A program made the position numbers and the translations under genes. Below, in pieces: positions 27,770 through 37,939 of a stretch of DNA of 64,000 bases. The notes beneath the pieces are model-generated. The model was not told where the DNA came from. It saw only the letters and a program-made list of their open reading frames with translations, and did no database searches. Positions within the stretch are counted from its first letter, which is position 1, and every line of letters begins with the position of its first letter. Source of the DNA: Ostreococcus lucimarinus (Eukaryota); assembly GCA_000092065.1 (NCBI GenBank), contig CP000589.1, one strand, 5' to 3'.

Positions 27770-28813
27770 ATGGAAGCCATGTCGTGCGTCACGCGCGCCC
27801 GCATCGCGTGCGTCGCACCCACGGCGTCGAAACCGCGCGCATCGTGCGCCGCCGCCCGACGATCGATGACGACACCCATCGCGCAGCCGCGATCGTCCAC
27901 GAAACGCACCGCCGTGACGTCGAACGCGACGAACGAAGCGACGGAGAGCGAGATAAAAAAGCTCACCACGGATTGGCAGATCGATTTCTGCTCTCGACCG
28001 CTTCGTGACGATCGAGGGAAGAAGGTTTGGGAACTCTTGGTGACGGACGACGCGAGAACCTTTGAGCACGCGGAGTACTTTCCGAATAATCGAATCAATA
28101 GCGTTGAACTGGCGCGAGCGCTCGAACGAGTGATGGCGGAAAAGAAGGAAAAACCGAGACGATTCAAGTTCTTTCGGGCGCAGATGCAGACGATCATCTC
28201 TAGGGCGTGCAATGAGGTTGACGTCCAACCGTTGGCGAGCCGTCGATGCCAGACGATGACCAAGTGGCTGAACGAACGAGTGGAGAATGTGTACAAGAAA
28301 CATCCCGGGTACGATGCCAGTGCGCCTCCGTTGATGGCGTTCGAAGCAACGGCACCGAAGCGATTGCCCGATGCGTTGAGAGGGGAGTCGTGGGCGTTCG
28401 TCGCGTTGCCTTTGGTCGGGGTGCGGGAAGAGATGGAACAAGTCAAGCGAGGACGCGTCTTTGGCGCGACGTTGGAAATTGATGAAAACTTACCGGACGA
28501 TACGTTAATTCCCGGAATCGCGGTGTACACGTCTCGTGCTGCCGCGCTCGCGGGATGGACAAAGGGTTTAGAGCTCGCGTGCATCTCTTCCGACACGCAA
28601 ACGAGCTCAATCGTGTTGGAAACTGGGGTGAATGATTCGTGGTCGTACGCGTTTTTCCGCAAGTCGCCCGAGTTGACCAAAGAGGCCAAGGAGTGGGAGG
28701 AAGTAAAGCGCGCGTGCAATGGGTTACATTTCCTCGCCATTCAAACCGACGAGGAAGCGGAGGCGACGGATGGGTTTTGGATATTGCAAGACTCTGACCC
28801 CGCGAAATTTTAG
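27770..28813 (+). CDS. Tab2/ATAB2-like chloroplast RNA-binding protein (DUF1092)
   Basis: TDWQIDFCSRPLRDDRGKKVWELLVTD, FFRAQMQTII, GESWAFVALP, IPGIAVYTSRAAALAGW, GLHFLAIQTDE...GFWILQD match the Tab2/ATAB2 family signatures as I recall them. N-terminal presequence. Confidence 0.5.
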   Translation: MEAMSCVTRARIACVAPTASKPRASCAAARRSMTTPIAQPRSSTKRTAVTSNATNEATESEIKKLTTDWQIDFCSRPLRDDRGKKVWELLVTDDARTFEHAEYFPNNRINSVELARALERVMAEKKEKPRRFKFFRAQMQTIISRACNEVDVQPLASRRCQTMTKWLNERVENVYKKHPGYDASAPPLMAFEATAPKRLPDALRGESWAFVALPLVGVREEMEQVKRGRVFGATLEIDENLPDDTLIPGIAVYTSRAAALAGWTKGLELACISSDTQTSSIVLETGVNDSWSYAFFRKSPELTKEAKEWEEVKRACNGLHFLAIQTDEEAEATDGFWILQDSDPAKF

Positions 28814-28868
28814 CCACGAACGACGCTTGACTTATGATATTACCTTACACCTTAGACGTCACAACGAG

Positions 28869-30725
28869 ATGTCCGCATCACCACGCGAGAAGATCAAGCG
28901 CCTCGCCGTGGCATGCGTGCGACGCGGCTCGTTCATCTCGCTCTGTCTCTACGTCCTCGGCCTCGTCGTCGCCTCGCTCGCGCCGTCGCTCGCGAGAGAC
29001 GTCTACGTGGATGAGAATGCATTCCTCGTAGGCTCCACGCACGCGACGTTTGACGACCTCGACGGCGCGCGCGCGGATGATTACGTCGAGACATTGACTA
29101 AAATCACGTTCGACGCCCGATCGCGGGCGCGAACGACGCGTGAGCGCTTGGAATGGGTTTTAAACGCCCTCGATGAGCGCGGCTTTGAGAGTTACAAATC
29201 ATGGCTCGACGGCGCTGGTGACTTGTTCAACGTCCACGGCGTCGCTCGCGCGGCGCGAGGGAACGGACGAGAATCGATGGCGTTGGTCACGGTCCTGGGT
29301 GACGGTGACGCTGACGCTGAGGCGGCGACGGTCGGATTGGCGTTGCGCGCGTTTGAGAAGATTGGTCGCGCTCCGTGGTTGGCGAAGGATTTAATGTGGG
29401 TCTGCGTCGATGGCTCGCGAGGAGAGATCGATGGGACGATGGCTTGGTTAAAGACGTATTATTCATCTAGCGTTGGGGACTTGGGTGGGGGATTTGAGCG
29501 CGCGGGGGCGATACAGCAGGCGTTTGTGTTTCGCGCGGCGAACCGTGGCGCCGCGGCGTCGGCGGTGCGCGTCAAGTTGGAGGGTTGGAATGGGGCATAT
29601 CCGAATCAAGACATATTTACGATGTTTCGTAGCATCGTGGAGACGTACCCTGTGAGCATGAGAGTAAGCTTGGAGTCGGATGTCGAGGTGCGAGAAGATG
29701 ATCTTTCGCGCTGGAGTTTGATGAAATCGACGGCGCGCTTCATGTGGCGCGCCGCCACGGGAATTCCTTCGGGTGCGCACGCCGCGTTCAAGGCGCACTC
29801 AATCGATGCGATTAGTTTCGAAGCGATCGAACGTCAACAAGACGCTTACGTGCGAAGCGGTTTGCGAGCGTACGTCACTTTGGGACAGATGCTTGAACTT
29901 ACGTTTCGAGCGTGCAACAACTTGCTCGAGCTCTTGCATCACAGTTGCTTTTATTATATCTTGCTCGGTCCAAACAAGTTTCTTGGCATAGCAGAGTACA
30001 TCGCGCCGCAAGCAATTCTTCTCGTCAGTCTTTTACTCACCGCGTTGAAAATGACGACGTTCGGGATGGAAGATACGTCGTCAACAAGCGATGGCGAAAC
30101 GCGAATGTCACATGATTGGTTTGCGGCAATATCGAAACTTTCCTTGGCACTCGTGTTCGGTGCCATCGTAGGTACGAGTTGCGTTTCATTGCATTTGAGG
30201 GAGCTAAATCACGTGACGGTGACTTTGGGTACAGTCGCCGTCGCATTCATCGCTTTCATTACCTTTTTACGCTTGACACTCGACGGCGAGGCGTCTCCGG
30301 TTCGCTCGACGACAAAGGTTTGCGACGTTACCATCGTCCGACAAGAGCAGTGGGTCGGTGTGAAAGTGATCAACATCGCGTGGTTGCTATTTACGATGAG
30401 TGCGTGTACGTTTTTCAACTTCGCTCTCGCGTTTTTAACCACCGTGGCGTTAGCGCCCGCGTGCTTGCTCTGCGCGCCGAGCGGCGACGCCGCGAAACGA
30501 AACCGCGCAGTTGCGGTTCTCGGCGCGCTTCCGCCGACATGGATGTTCGTTCTCAGCCGTTTTGCTGGATCACCGGTGTACGAGTCTTTCGGTCTGCTCG
30601 CCGAACACCACGTACGTTGGAAAACGTTCGCGTTGCCAGTCGTCTTTGGCATCGCGTTCCCGGTGCTGTTAATTTGTTTTGATGTTGCGCGTTCTCCAGT
30701 GAAATCGAAAACAAAAAAGGCTTAG
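28869..30725 (+). CDS. GPAA1: GPI transamidase component GAA1 (GPAA1)
   Basis: N-terminal TM, then RDVYVDENAFLVGSTHATF (compare RTYMSENAMGS). ESMALVTVLGDGDADAEAATVGLALRAFEKIGRAPWLAKDLMWVCVDG (compare [45 protein letters not shown]). Multi-TM C-terminal half. Start at MSASPREK (28869); the track ORF begins inside the previous gene. Confidence 0.75.
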   Translation: MSASPREKIKRLAVACVRRGSFISLCLYVLGLVVASLAPSLARDVYVDENAFLVGSTHATFDDLDGARADDYVETLTKITFDARSRARTTRERLEWVLNALDERGFESYKSWLDGAGDLFNVHGVARAARGNGRESMALVTVLGDGDADAEAATVGLALRAFEKIGRAPWLAKDLMWVCVDGSRGEIDGTMAWLKTYYSSSVGDLGGGFERAGAIQQAFVFRAANRGAAASAVRVKLEGWNGAYPNQDIFTMFRSIVETYPVSMRVSLESDVEVREDDLSRWSLMKSTARFMWRAATGIPSGAHAAFKAHSIDAISFEAIERQQDAYVRSGLRAYVTLGQMLELTFRACNNLLELLHHSCFYYILLGPNKFLGIAEYIAPQAILLVSLLLTALKMTTFGMEDTSSTSDGETRMSHDWFAAISKLSLALVFGAIVGTSCVSLHLRELNHVTVTLGTVAVAFIAFITFLRLTLDGEASPVRSTTKVCDVTIVRQEQWVGVKVINIAWLLFTMSACTFFNFALAFLTTVALAPACLLCAPSGDAAKRNRAVAVLGALPPTWMFVLSRFAGSPVYESFGLLAEHHVRWKTFALPVVFGIAFPVLLICFDVARSPVKSKTKKA

Positions 30726-30800
30726 TATTAGTAGCCGCTCAGTAGAGATAGCTTAGAATTGGCATATGAATATAGAAAGAGTGAATGAGTTCTCTAATTG

Positions 30801-32207
30801 TCAACGCGCGGGCACAGGGTCTACTTTCGTGTCCGTTTCGACTTTCGCGTTCGGCGATTTTTTCAATTCGAGCAACGCCTCGAAAAATTGCATCACCACG
30901 GCGTCCGGCCAAGGCGCGCCGAACGGCGCTTCTGGACCCGCCTCCCATCCCAAATGACCGCCGCTTTCAGTTTCAAGCAAAATCACATTTGGATTTTCCT
31001 CGATGATCGCGCGAGGGATTGAATCGGCGATGGCGATTGGGTCGTCGCGCGCCTGCACCGTCATCAACGGGACGCGAACGTCGCCAATCTTATTCTTGCT
31101 CCCAGAATATTCGTAATACGCATCCACGGACGGAAATCCGAAAGTAACTCGCGTGATTGCTTCGTCGAAATCCCTCACCGTCTTCGCCGCCTTGACGAGC
31201 TCGGGATTGTACTTCGGTAACCCCGCGAAGAGGTTCTCGTGCGGCGCGAAGAGCTTGCGCATGTTCTTCGCCATGGCTTGACTGTACACTTTACCGAAAA
31301 ACCCACTCTCGAGCGCAGTGTCGCACGCGTTCAAGTCGAACGGATTGCACAGCGCCGCAGCACCGGTGACTTTCGCGTTTTCTCCCTCTTCTCCGAGGAA
31401 ATTCGTCAAAATGTTTGCCCCGAGCGACCAACCGATGGCGAAGAGCGGCGCGTCTGGGTATCGTTCGCGAAGCGTGTTCACGACGTGCCTGATATCGCCC
31501 GTGTACGATGCGCTGTAAAATTGCGGCGTCGTCAGCGGCGATTCCGAGGTGCCGCGGCAGTTGAACGCGACGCATCGAAATCCGCGCGCCCTGGCGCGCT
31601 TTAAAAAATGCTTCAAGTACTTGTCGTGCGACCCGCCGGCGATGCCCGACATCAGCACCAACACCGGCGCGTCGGCGGCGATTCGAGCGTGATGCACCGC
31701 CAACCTTCGACGCACGAGCGCGCTCTGATCGAACACCCGACGCACGAACGGCGGTCCGCGCCGCTCAATCTCGCACGCTTCCTCCCCCGAGTCCTCGTAT
31801 TCGCTCAAATCCGCGTCCCCGTCCACGCTCATCGGCCAGTCCAGGGTCGCGTGTCCGCCGTCCGGCATCGCCAACACCTCCCGCTGATACGCCACGTTCA
31901 AATCCCGCCTGAGCAACGAACTCAAAATCGTGCTCGCGTGCCTATTTTTCAACCACGCGACCGCGTCGTACCCTCGCTCCAAGATGGCCCCGCACTTGTC
32001 CAGCACGTACGCGTTTCGCTTCGTCCGCCGCGCCGTCACCCTCACCTCGCTCGTCTCCCGCGCGCTTCCCAGCGCGCACCACGCCGCGCACGCCGTCGCC
32101 GCGACCGCCATCCCCGCGATCGCCCCTCCCGGCGGTCCCAGCGCCGCCGTCGTCGTCGCCGCGCCTCGCCGTCCCGTCGTCGTCGCGCCTCCTCGCGTCC
32201 ACGTCGT
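30801..32207 (-). CDS. alpha/beta-hydrolase of the ABHD1/ABHD3/YheT type
   Basis: PVLVLMSGIAGGSHDKYLKHFL, FRCVAFNCRGTSESPL, FAIGWSLGANIL (GxSxG), VRDFDEAITRVTFGFPSVDAYYEYSGS, ESGGHLGW. The upper 1 kb of the 825-aa ORF is low-complexity; start near MARGTTW/MAVAAT (about 32207 or 32075). Confidence 0.6.
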   Translation of the reverse strand, partial: TTWTRGGATTTGRRGAATTTAALGPPGGAIAGMAVAATACAAWCALGSARETSEVRVTARRTKRNAYVLDKCGAILERGYDAVAWLKNRHASTILSSLLRRDLNVAYQREVLAMPDGGHATLDWPMSVDGDADLSEYEDSGEEACEIERRGPPFVRRVFDQSALVRRRLAVHHARIAADAPVLVLMSGIAGGSHDKYLKHFLKRARARGFRCVAFNCRGTSESPLTTPQFYSASYTGDIRHVVNTLRERYPDAPLFAIGWSLGANILTNFLGEEGENAKVTGAAALCNPFDLNACDTALESGFFGKVYSQAMAKNMRKLFAPHENLFAGLPKYNPELVKAAKTVRDFDEAITRVTFGFPSVDAYYEYSGSKNKIGDVRVPLMTVQARDDPIAIADSIPRAIIEENPNVILLETESGGHLGWEAGPEAPFGAPWPDAVVMQFFEALLELKKSPNAKVETDTKVDPVPAR

Positions 32208-32517
32208 CCCGCGCGCCATCGTCCCGCCCCGTCGTCCCCGCGCCGTCGTCGCGCGCCGACGCGGACGCGAGGACGTCACCGGCGTCGCCCGCGCCGCGCG
32301 CGCGCGCATCCGTCGTCGCGCGCCGCGCTCTGGCGCGCGGCCGCGCGTGCGACGGTCGCACACTGTTTGCGCACACAGCGGTCGGTCGGACGACCCTCGA
32401 CGGCCCCCGTCCGACCGACCGCGATCCGAGCGTATGCGCGAACAGTGCGCGATGTCATTTCGACGACGGCGCGCGCGATTCGAACGTCCCGCGCGCCGCG
32501 CCACACGGCGACGCGCG

Positions 32518-33597
32518 ATGGGCGATCGCGACGCGAAGCGCCAGCGCGGCGCGCGGCGTCCGCGCGCGCAGTCCGACGACATGGACGACCTGCTCGGCGC
32601 CGCGGGCGTGGACGCGCGCGACGACGGACGCGAGGACGACGACGACCGGGGACGCGCGATCGACGGCGACGACGACGACGACGACGACGGGACGCGCGAG
32701 GCGAGCGATGGACGACGAGCGGAAGAAGACGCGAGCGGGAGCGATTCTCGCGCGAAGGGGGCGCGGGACGGCGGCGAAAGCGGCGAGACGCGACGGGAGG
32801 ACGACGACGAGGGGGGACGCGATCCGGGGCGCGAAGACGACGACGACGACGACGAAGACGTGATGGACGCGGAGTGCGGGGAGGAGGAGGAGGGAAGCGA
32901 TGGCGACGCGCGCGAGGAGGACCAGGGGAATAAGACGAACGCGAGGAAGCGAGGGCGGAAACCGAAGGCGGCGAACGAGGAGGGCGCGCGCGGAGACGCG
33001 GACGCGGAGGCGAGCCTGCCGAAACGGACCGAGGTGACCATCACGGGGAACGCGCGAACGAAGGCGGAGTTGATCGGGATGAAGGGCGTAGTGAAGAAAT
33101 CGTTGCCGTCGGGTGGGTGGCATCGGTTGGTGTTGGAAAATGGGCGCGAAGTGCGCGTGCGAAGAAGCGCGTTGACGGCGTCGGAGACGGGGCGCGGAGA
33201 CGAGGAGGGCGAACAGGGCGAAGACGACGACGACGAGGACGACGAGGATGAGGACGACGGCGACGATAAAGACAACATGGCGACTAGAGCTCGACGACCG
33301 ACGCGCGTTCCTGGAAACGGACCTCCGAGCCAGGCGGCGGCGGCGGCGATGAAGCGCCTGCAAGAACGTCGCCGAAGCGCGCGTCCGAACTGTCAATCGA
33401 ACTTCGAGCGTCTGACGCTTTCAACTTTACAAAAGTACAAGAAAGCGTACGAAATGGAAGCCAACCCGGAGACGGACGGCGATAAGAATGCGCTCGTGCA
33501 CGAGGTCGGCAAGCACTTCATGCAGCAAAAGCTCGACGAACAAAAAGTGTTGCAAGCGTTCATGTGCGCCGTGGCGGACACGACGCAGATTGGATAA
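32518..33597 (+). CDS. SAP30-like Sin3-associated protein (acidic N-terminus; start uncertain)
   Basis: C-terminal FERLTLSTLQKYKKAYEMEANPETDGDKNALVHEVGKHFMQQKLDEQKVLQAFMCAV resembles the SAP30 Sin3-binding domain (LSL.KLRRY.KHFKL...K..LV.AV.RHF....V.E.E.L..F). Preceded by NLS-like and acidic tracts. Confidence 0.45.
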   Translation: MGDRDAKRQRGARRPRAQSDDMDDLLGAAGVDARDDGREDDDDRGRAIDGDDDDDDDGTREASDGRRAEEDASGSDSRAKGARDGGESGETRREDDDEGGRDPGREDDDDDDEDVMDAECGEEEEGSDGDAREEDQGNKTNARKRGRKPKAANEEGARGDADAEASLPKRTEVTITGNARTKAELIGMKGVVKKSLPSGGWHRLVLENGREVRVRRSALTASETGRGDEEGEQGEDDDDEDDEDEDDGDDKDNMATRARRPTRVPGNGPPSQAAAAAMKRLQERRRSARPNCQSNFERLTLSTLQKYKKAYEMEANPETDGDKNALVHEVGKHFMQQKLDEQKVLQAFMCAVADTTQIG

Positions 33598-33638
33598 TAA
33601 AATTTTAATCATCGAGTCTAGCGGTTTTTCACATTCTT

Positions 33639-34376
33639 CTAAATCCTAAGGTCGGAAGGCACCACGCCGCTCTTGAGAGCGTTCTCCAACCGACTCACTT
33701 CTTCGAGGGTCTCCGCGTTGGCAATCGCCACCTTGAGCGCCGTGAGTTGTTCCGGCGTCGGCCCGCTCGGTTTAGCGTCCTTCTTCGTCTCATCCTTTGT
33801 CTCCTCCAACCCATCGCCCGGGGTAAACGTCTTCGCCCGCTGCGCCGCGCCATCATCCGCCCCGAACGTCTTCTCCGCCTCCTCGCGTTCGCTCGCGCGC
33901 ACCTTTTGAAAATCCAGCGTCTTCAACGCCTTGCACTTGTAAATCACGTACAACCGATAGTTCTCCTTCGCGCACACCGGATTCCCACACAACGTCAGCA
34001 TCTTCAACTTCTTCAGCGAACCCAACCCATCGCAATCTCCCAAGTTCCGCAGCGCGTTATTCGTCAGCGTCAGCGTCGTCAGCGCCGGCGTCGCCCTCGC
34101 CAGTTCCTCCCCGTTCACCCTCGCGATTCGATTATTCCCGAACATCAGCGTCTTACACCGCGGCATCGACGGCAAATTCTCCAGCCTCACGACGTCGTTC
34201 CCCGTGAAATCGTACGCGTCGTACTGATCCCGCGCCGTCGCCAAGTTTTCCAGTCGCCCAATCCTCCGCCCCCGCAGGTCGATTTCGTGCTCGCCGAGCG
34301 GGTTATACCGTCGATCGGCGTCCGCGATGACGTCCGCGGTCAGCCGGTCGCTCGCGGCGTTCGCGTCGGCGTGCAT
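33639..34376 (-). CDS. SNRPA1: U2 snRNP protein A' (U2A', leucine-rich repeat)
   Basis: EHEIDLRGRRIGRLENLATARDQYDAYDFTGNDVVRLENLP...LTLTNNAL...YRLYVIYKCKALKTLDFQKVRASEREEAEKTF is collinear with human SNRPA1 (RELDLRGYKIPVIENLGATLDQFDAIDFSDNEI...YRLYVIYKVPQVRVLDFQKVKLKERQEAEKMF). Start at MHADANAAS. Confidence 0.85.
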   Translation of the reverse strand: MHADANAASDRLTADVIADADRRYNPLGEHEIDLRGRRIGRLENLATARDQYDAYDFTGNDVVRLENLPSMPRCKTLMFGNNRIARVNGEELARATPALTTLTLTNNALRNLGDCDGLGSLKKLKMLTLCGNPVCAKENYRLYVIYKCKALKTLDFQKVRASEREEAEKTFGADDGAAQRAKTFTPGDGLEETKDETKKDAKPSGPTPEQLTALKVAIANAETLEEVSRLENALKSGVVPSDLRI

Positions 34377-34594
34377 CGCGCGCGCCTCCGCGCGTTCCTC
34401 GCGCGCCGCGCGCGGAGTGCCGACGCCGCGCGTCGATCGGGGCGACGCCGCGCCGTCGTCGCGACCGACCCCGTCGTGTCGAGTCACGACTCGCCGCGAT
34501 CGACAGACCCCCTCGCGTTCGAATCACGACCCGTCGAACGGCGATCGGGGACATTCGGCATTCGTCGCCCCGCGGCACGCGCGCGCGCGGCGCG

Positions 34595-36109
34595 ATGGCG
34601 ACGACGCGACGGTCGAGCGCGGCGAGGCGCGCCGCGGCGGCGCGCGTCGCGAACGACCGCGACGACGACCGCGACGACGACGACGACGAGGACGCGATGA
34701 CACGCGCGGAGGCGACGGAATCGACGGAAATGGAAGACGATTGCGACTTCGTGCGCGAACTCCCGGGCGCGTCGGGAGGGCTCGAGGAGGCGACGCTGGC
34801 GGCGATGCGGGGCGTGTCGCTGGGAGACGCGTGCGCGGCGGCGGGCGTGAGGACGCTGGCGCGAGAGACGCGAGATGGGGACGCGGTGATCGATCGAGAC
34901 GCGGCGGCGGCGACGACGGAGCGGGCGCTGGACGCGGCGATGCGGGAAAAGGCGCTGGTGCTGGAGAGATACGAGGGAAGGACGCACTCGGTGAAGGCGA
35001 AGGAGGGAAGCGTGCAGGGGGCGTTTCAAAGGGCGGTGTTCGCGAAAAAGTTGCACGAGAGGATCACGACGCGCGTGCGGGAGGAGGTGCGAAGACGAGC
35101 GGAGAGCGATTTGAGAACGGCGAGACGAGCGGCGCAGGAGAGACAGTTGAGTGGGAGGCGAGACGCGAAGGCGGCGATGGACGCGAAACGAGAGGCGCCG
35201 CATAAACCGTGGTTCTTGTTGGAGACGCCGAAGGATGAGCAAATGCGATTGCGAAAGGCGGCGATGGTGGACGCGGCGAACGCCGAGGCGGGCGCGGACG
35301 CGGGCGCGGACGCGTCGTCGTCGTCGTGGACGATGCCGGGGAACGTGACGATCGAGCCCGTGCCAGATACCACGGATGAATCGGTGCTAGGTGCGGTGAG
35401 GATGTGCATTTACATGGTCCAGTCGCATCCGAGACCGATTCAGAAGGTTTTGGACTACCTCTTTGGGTACTCGCCCGCGGTGGACGGCGAAGACTTGGAA
35501 GAAATCGACGCGTACTCCAAAGGGCTCCCAGTGTCGCGCGGTCGAATGCCGGCAGATTTGGCGTACTCGTACGCGGCGAATCTCGACAAAACTCTCGGCG
35601 AACGAGACAAAGTGGCGCTCAAGGCGCTCATCAAGGATGTCAAGGAGGAGTGGTCGTCGCACATCAAAGCCGGGTTCGACGCGGTGAAGGAGCTCGAATC
35701 CACCCCGCTCGACTCCGCAGAGGACATTCGCGTGCAGAATCGCGACAGTTGGCTCCGCGCTATGTTCCCAACCCTCGATTGGCCGACGAGAAACGAGAAA
35801 AATTATAAGTTCATGGAGCATTTGCGCGAGCAACAAGCCTTGGACGCTCGCACCGCAGTCTCGACGTCGCGACCAGTTCCCTTGGCTCTCAGTCGCGCCA
35901 ATCGCGCCAAGCAAGCGCAAGAACAAATTCAAACTTATGATCTGGGTGGCTCAAAGATTCACTACAGCAAAGATGGCGTCCCGATCATTGCTCCCGATGG
36001 TTTCTTCCCCAAGGCGAACACCGCGCCTTCGAAACGCGCCGAGACCGCACGCATCCGTCTCGCCGCCTCCGACGCCGAACGAAGGCTCGCCGAGCGGCGA
36101 CGACTATAG
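34595..36109 (+). CDS. hypothetical protein (acidic N-terminus, 504 aa)
   Basis: Complex composition (e.g. VRMCIYMVQSHPRPIQKVLDYLFGYSPAVDGEDLEEIDAYSKGLP). No domain recognised. Confidence 0.4.
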   Translation: MATTRRSSAARRAAAARVANDRDDDRDDDDDEDAMTRAEATESTEMEDDCDFVRELPGASGGLEEATLAAMRGVSLGDACAAAGVRTLARETRDGDAVIDRDAAAATTERALDAAMREKALVLERYEGRTHSVKAKEGSVQGAFQRAVFAKKLHERITTRVREEVRRRAESDLRTARRAAQERQLSGRRDAKAAMDAKREAPHKPWFLLETPKDEQMRLRKAAMVDAANAEAGADAGADASSSSWTMPGNVTIEPVPDTTDESVLGAVRMCIYMVQSHPRPIQKVLDYLFGYSPAVDGEDLEEIDAYSKGLPVSRGRMPADLAYSYAANLDKTLGERDKVALKALIKDVKEEWSSHIKAGFDAVKELESTPLDSAEDIRVQNRDSWLRAMFPTLDWPTRNEKNYKFMEHLREQQALDARTAVSTSRPVPLALSRANRAKQAQEQIQTYDLGGSKIHYSKDGVPIIAPDGFFPKANTAPSKRAETARIRLAASDAERRLAERRRL

Positions 36110-36216
36110 AACACCAAAGTCGATAGCACTAGTCCATCATTGGCCCCTCCTAGCGTTTTAGAAACGAAATTATTCTCTCGACGCTCCTTCGTCGCGTCCC
36201 TCGCTTCGCCCTCACA

Positions 36217-37413
36217 TTGCGCCTCGAGGCGCTCGCCGCCATGATTTACTTCGAGCGCCAAACCTCGCGCCTGTGCGGAGTGCACGCCATAAACGCTCTC
36301 CTCCAAGGTCCCTTCTTTAGCGCCAGCGACCTCGCCGCGATAGCCCGCGCTTTGGACGACGAAGAGCGTTCGTTACTCGACCAATCTTCGCTCCGTCGCT
36401 CGAGCGGTTCGCACGCCGAGCGTTCCGAGAACGTTGGAGACGACGGTAACTTCAGCATACAAGTGTTGTGCAAAGCTTTGGACGTGTTCGGGCTCAGCGC
36501 GCGGTACGCGTCCGCGGATGAAGAGCGCGGGACGGACTCCGCGAAGGAGCTCGCGTTCGTCTGCAATTTATCCGAGCACTGGTTCGCGCTGCGGCGGCTG
36601 GGCGACGCCTGGTGGGACTTGAATTCCATGCACGCCGCGCCGAAAAAAATCGGAACGTTCTATTTGGACGCGTTTTTGAATCAGTTGACCGCGGAAGGGT
36701 ATTCGATCTTCGTGGTGCGGGATTTAGCCGCGGCGGCGTTGCCGGAGATGCTCGGGCAAAACGGCGAATACGGCGAGTGGTTGACGGAGGAGGAATGTCT
36801 GCGGTTGACGAGCGAAGCGGAGACAGCGCAAGCATCGGGACGTGCGCGACTTGCAGCTGAAAGTGCGATGAAGACGCTGAGCGATGGGCCGTCGCGGTTG
36901 GTGGTGGATGGTGGCGTCGCGAGCGACGTCGTCGACTTGACGGCGGATAGAGAGTTGCAAGCCGCTCTGGAGGCGAGCATGGAGGATTACGGCAAGCTTG
37001 ACGCATCGGGTACCGATACCGACGCCGATCTCAAAGCGGTTCTGGCGGCGAGCTTAGAAGAGATCGAAGGTGGCGATGCGTCCATCGAAGCCGCGATCGC
37101 CGCGAGCTTGCGAGACGAAGAGGCGAAGATGGACGTCGACGTCGCGCGATTCGCCGAAGAGCCCGACGCGGGCGACGGAATCGTGTCGCTCGCGTTTCGA
37201 CTTCCCGACGGTGACCGCATCGCTCGTCGCTTCGCGTGCGCGAGCTCGATCGCAGACGTTGAAAAGTGGCTCGAAGTCGCCAAGCGTTTGGACATGCGCA
37301 GCAACTGTCTCGCGCTCGCGTTTCCGCCGCGCGCGCTCGCGGACGCCTCGACGTCCATTCGAGACGCCGGCATCACCGATCGCGAAGTTCTCGCCGTTCG
37401 TCCACGACCGTGA
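36217..37413 (+). CDS. ataxin-3-like Josephin-domain deubiquitinase with three UIMs and a C-terminal UBX-like domain
   Basis: IYFERQTSRLCGVHAINALLQGPFFS...FSIQVLCKALDVFGL...NLSEHWFALRRLGDAWWDLNS...EGYSIFVV is collinear with human ATXN3 (IFHEKQEGSLCAQHCLNNLLQGEYFS...FSIQVISNALKVWGL...EHWFTVRKLGKQWFNLNS...EGYSIFVV). UIMs: LQAALEASMEDY, LKAVLAASLEEI, IEAAIAASLRDEE. UBX-like tail: VSLAFRLPDGDRIARRF...LAFPPRAL. Probable start MIYFERQ at 36241. Confidence 0.8.
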   Translation: MRLEALAAMIYFERQTSRLCGVHAINALLQGPFFSASDLAAIARALDDEERSLLDQSSLRRSSGSHAERSENVGDDGNFSIQVLCKALDVFGLSARYASADEERGTDSAKELAFVCNLSEHWFALRRLGDAWWDLNSMHAAPKKIGTFYLDAFLNQLTAEGYSIFVVRDLAAAALPEMLGQNGEYGEWLTEEECLRLTSEAETAQASGRARLAAESAMKTLSDGPSRLVVDGGVASDVVDLTADRELQAALEASMEDYGKLDASGTDTDADLKAVLAASLEEIEGGDASIEAAIAASLRDEEAKMDVDVARFAEEPDAGDGIVSLAFRLPDGDRIARRFACASSIADVEKWLEVAKRLDMRSNCLALAFPPRALADASTSIRDAGITDREVLAVRPRP

Positions 37414-37518
37414 ATTCAACAAATAGTCCCATTCTTTTCAAGTTTCCAAAAACGTTCTCGCGTCTTGTCTTCGCGTCGCTCGCGCGTAGTCCTCACAACG
37501 CGACTGGGGCGCATCGTC

Positions 37519-37939
37519 ATGGGCGCCACCGCCCTCACTGCCGTGTTCGGCGCCGTCTCTGGCGTCGGCTGCGCGGCGTTCGCGAACGGCTTGCGCAAGC
37601 TCCCACCGTTTTCACGTGCGTTGCTCCCCTCGCGCGTCGCGTCGCCGCGCCGAACGCGTCGCGACGCGATCGATCTAGGGTTGGATGTCGCGCACTCGCG
37701 ACGCGACGCCACCGCCTGACGCGCGAATCTCGCGCCGCGCGATCGGACACTGACGAAGTGTTGTTTGTTTACGTCACGCAGAACCCTGGAAGCACGCCGT
37801 GGCGGCGGGCGTCGGTGCGGCGGCGTTAATGTACAACGCGGATTTGGAAACGTCGCTCAAGGAGGACGTGGAGCGCTTGCGGGCGACGCGCGCCGAGCAG
37901 AACGCGGAGTACATGGCGGAGATACGGGCGAAGCGATAA
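37519..37939 (+). CDS. small two-TM protein (about 84 aa), two-exon model: exon 1 37519..37615, intron 37616..37781 (GTGCGT...CACTGAC...CGCAG), exon 2 37782..37939
   Basis: Exon 1 MGATALTAVFGAVSGVGCAAFANGLRKLPPFS ends in phase 1 at a GTGCGT donor. After a CTGAC branch and pyrimidine tract, an AG acceptor gives exon 2 (Q)PWKHAVAAGVGAAALMYNADLETSLKEDVERLRATRAEQNAEYMAEIRAKR-stop. Two Gly-rich hydrophobic helices, resembling small mitochondrial membrane proteins (Mic10/Romo1-like). Confidence 0.35.

Noticed and set aside
31608-32933. 441-aa plus-strand ORF overlapping the ABHD-like gene
   Set aside because: R/P/A low-complexity antisense frame. The real plus-strand gene (SAP30-like) is in a different frame and starts downstream.
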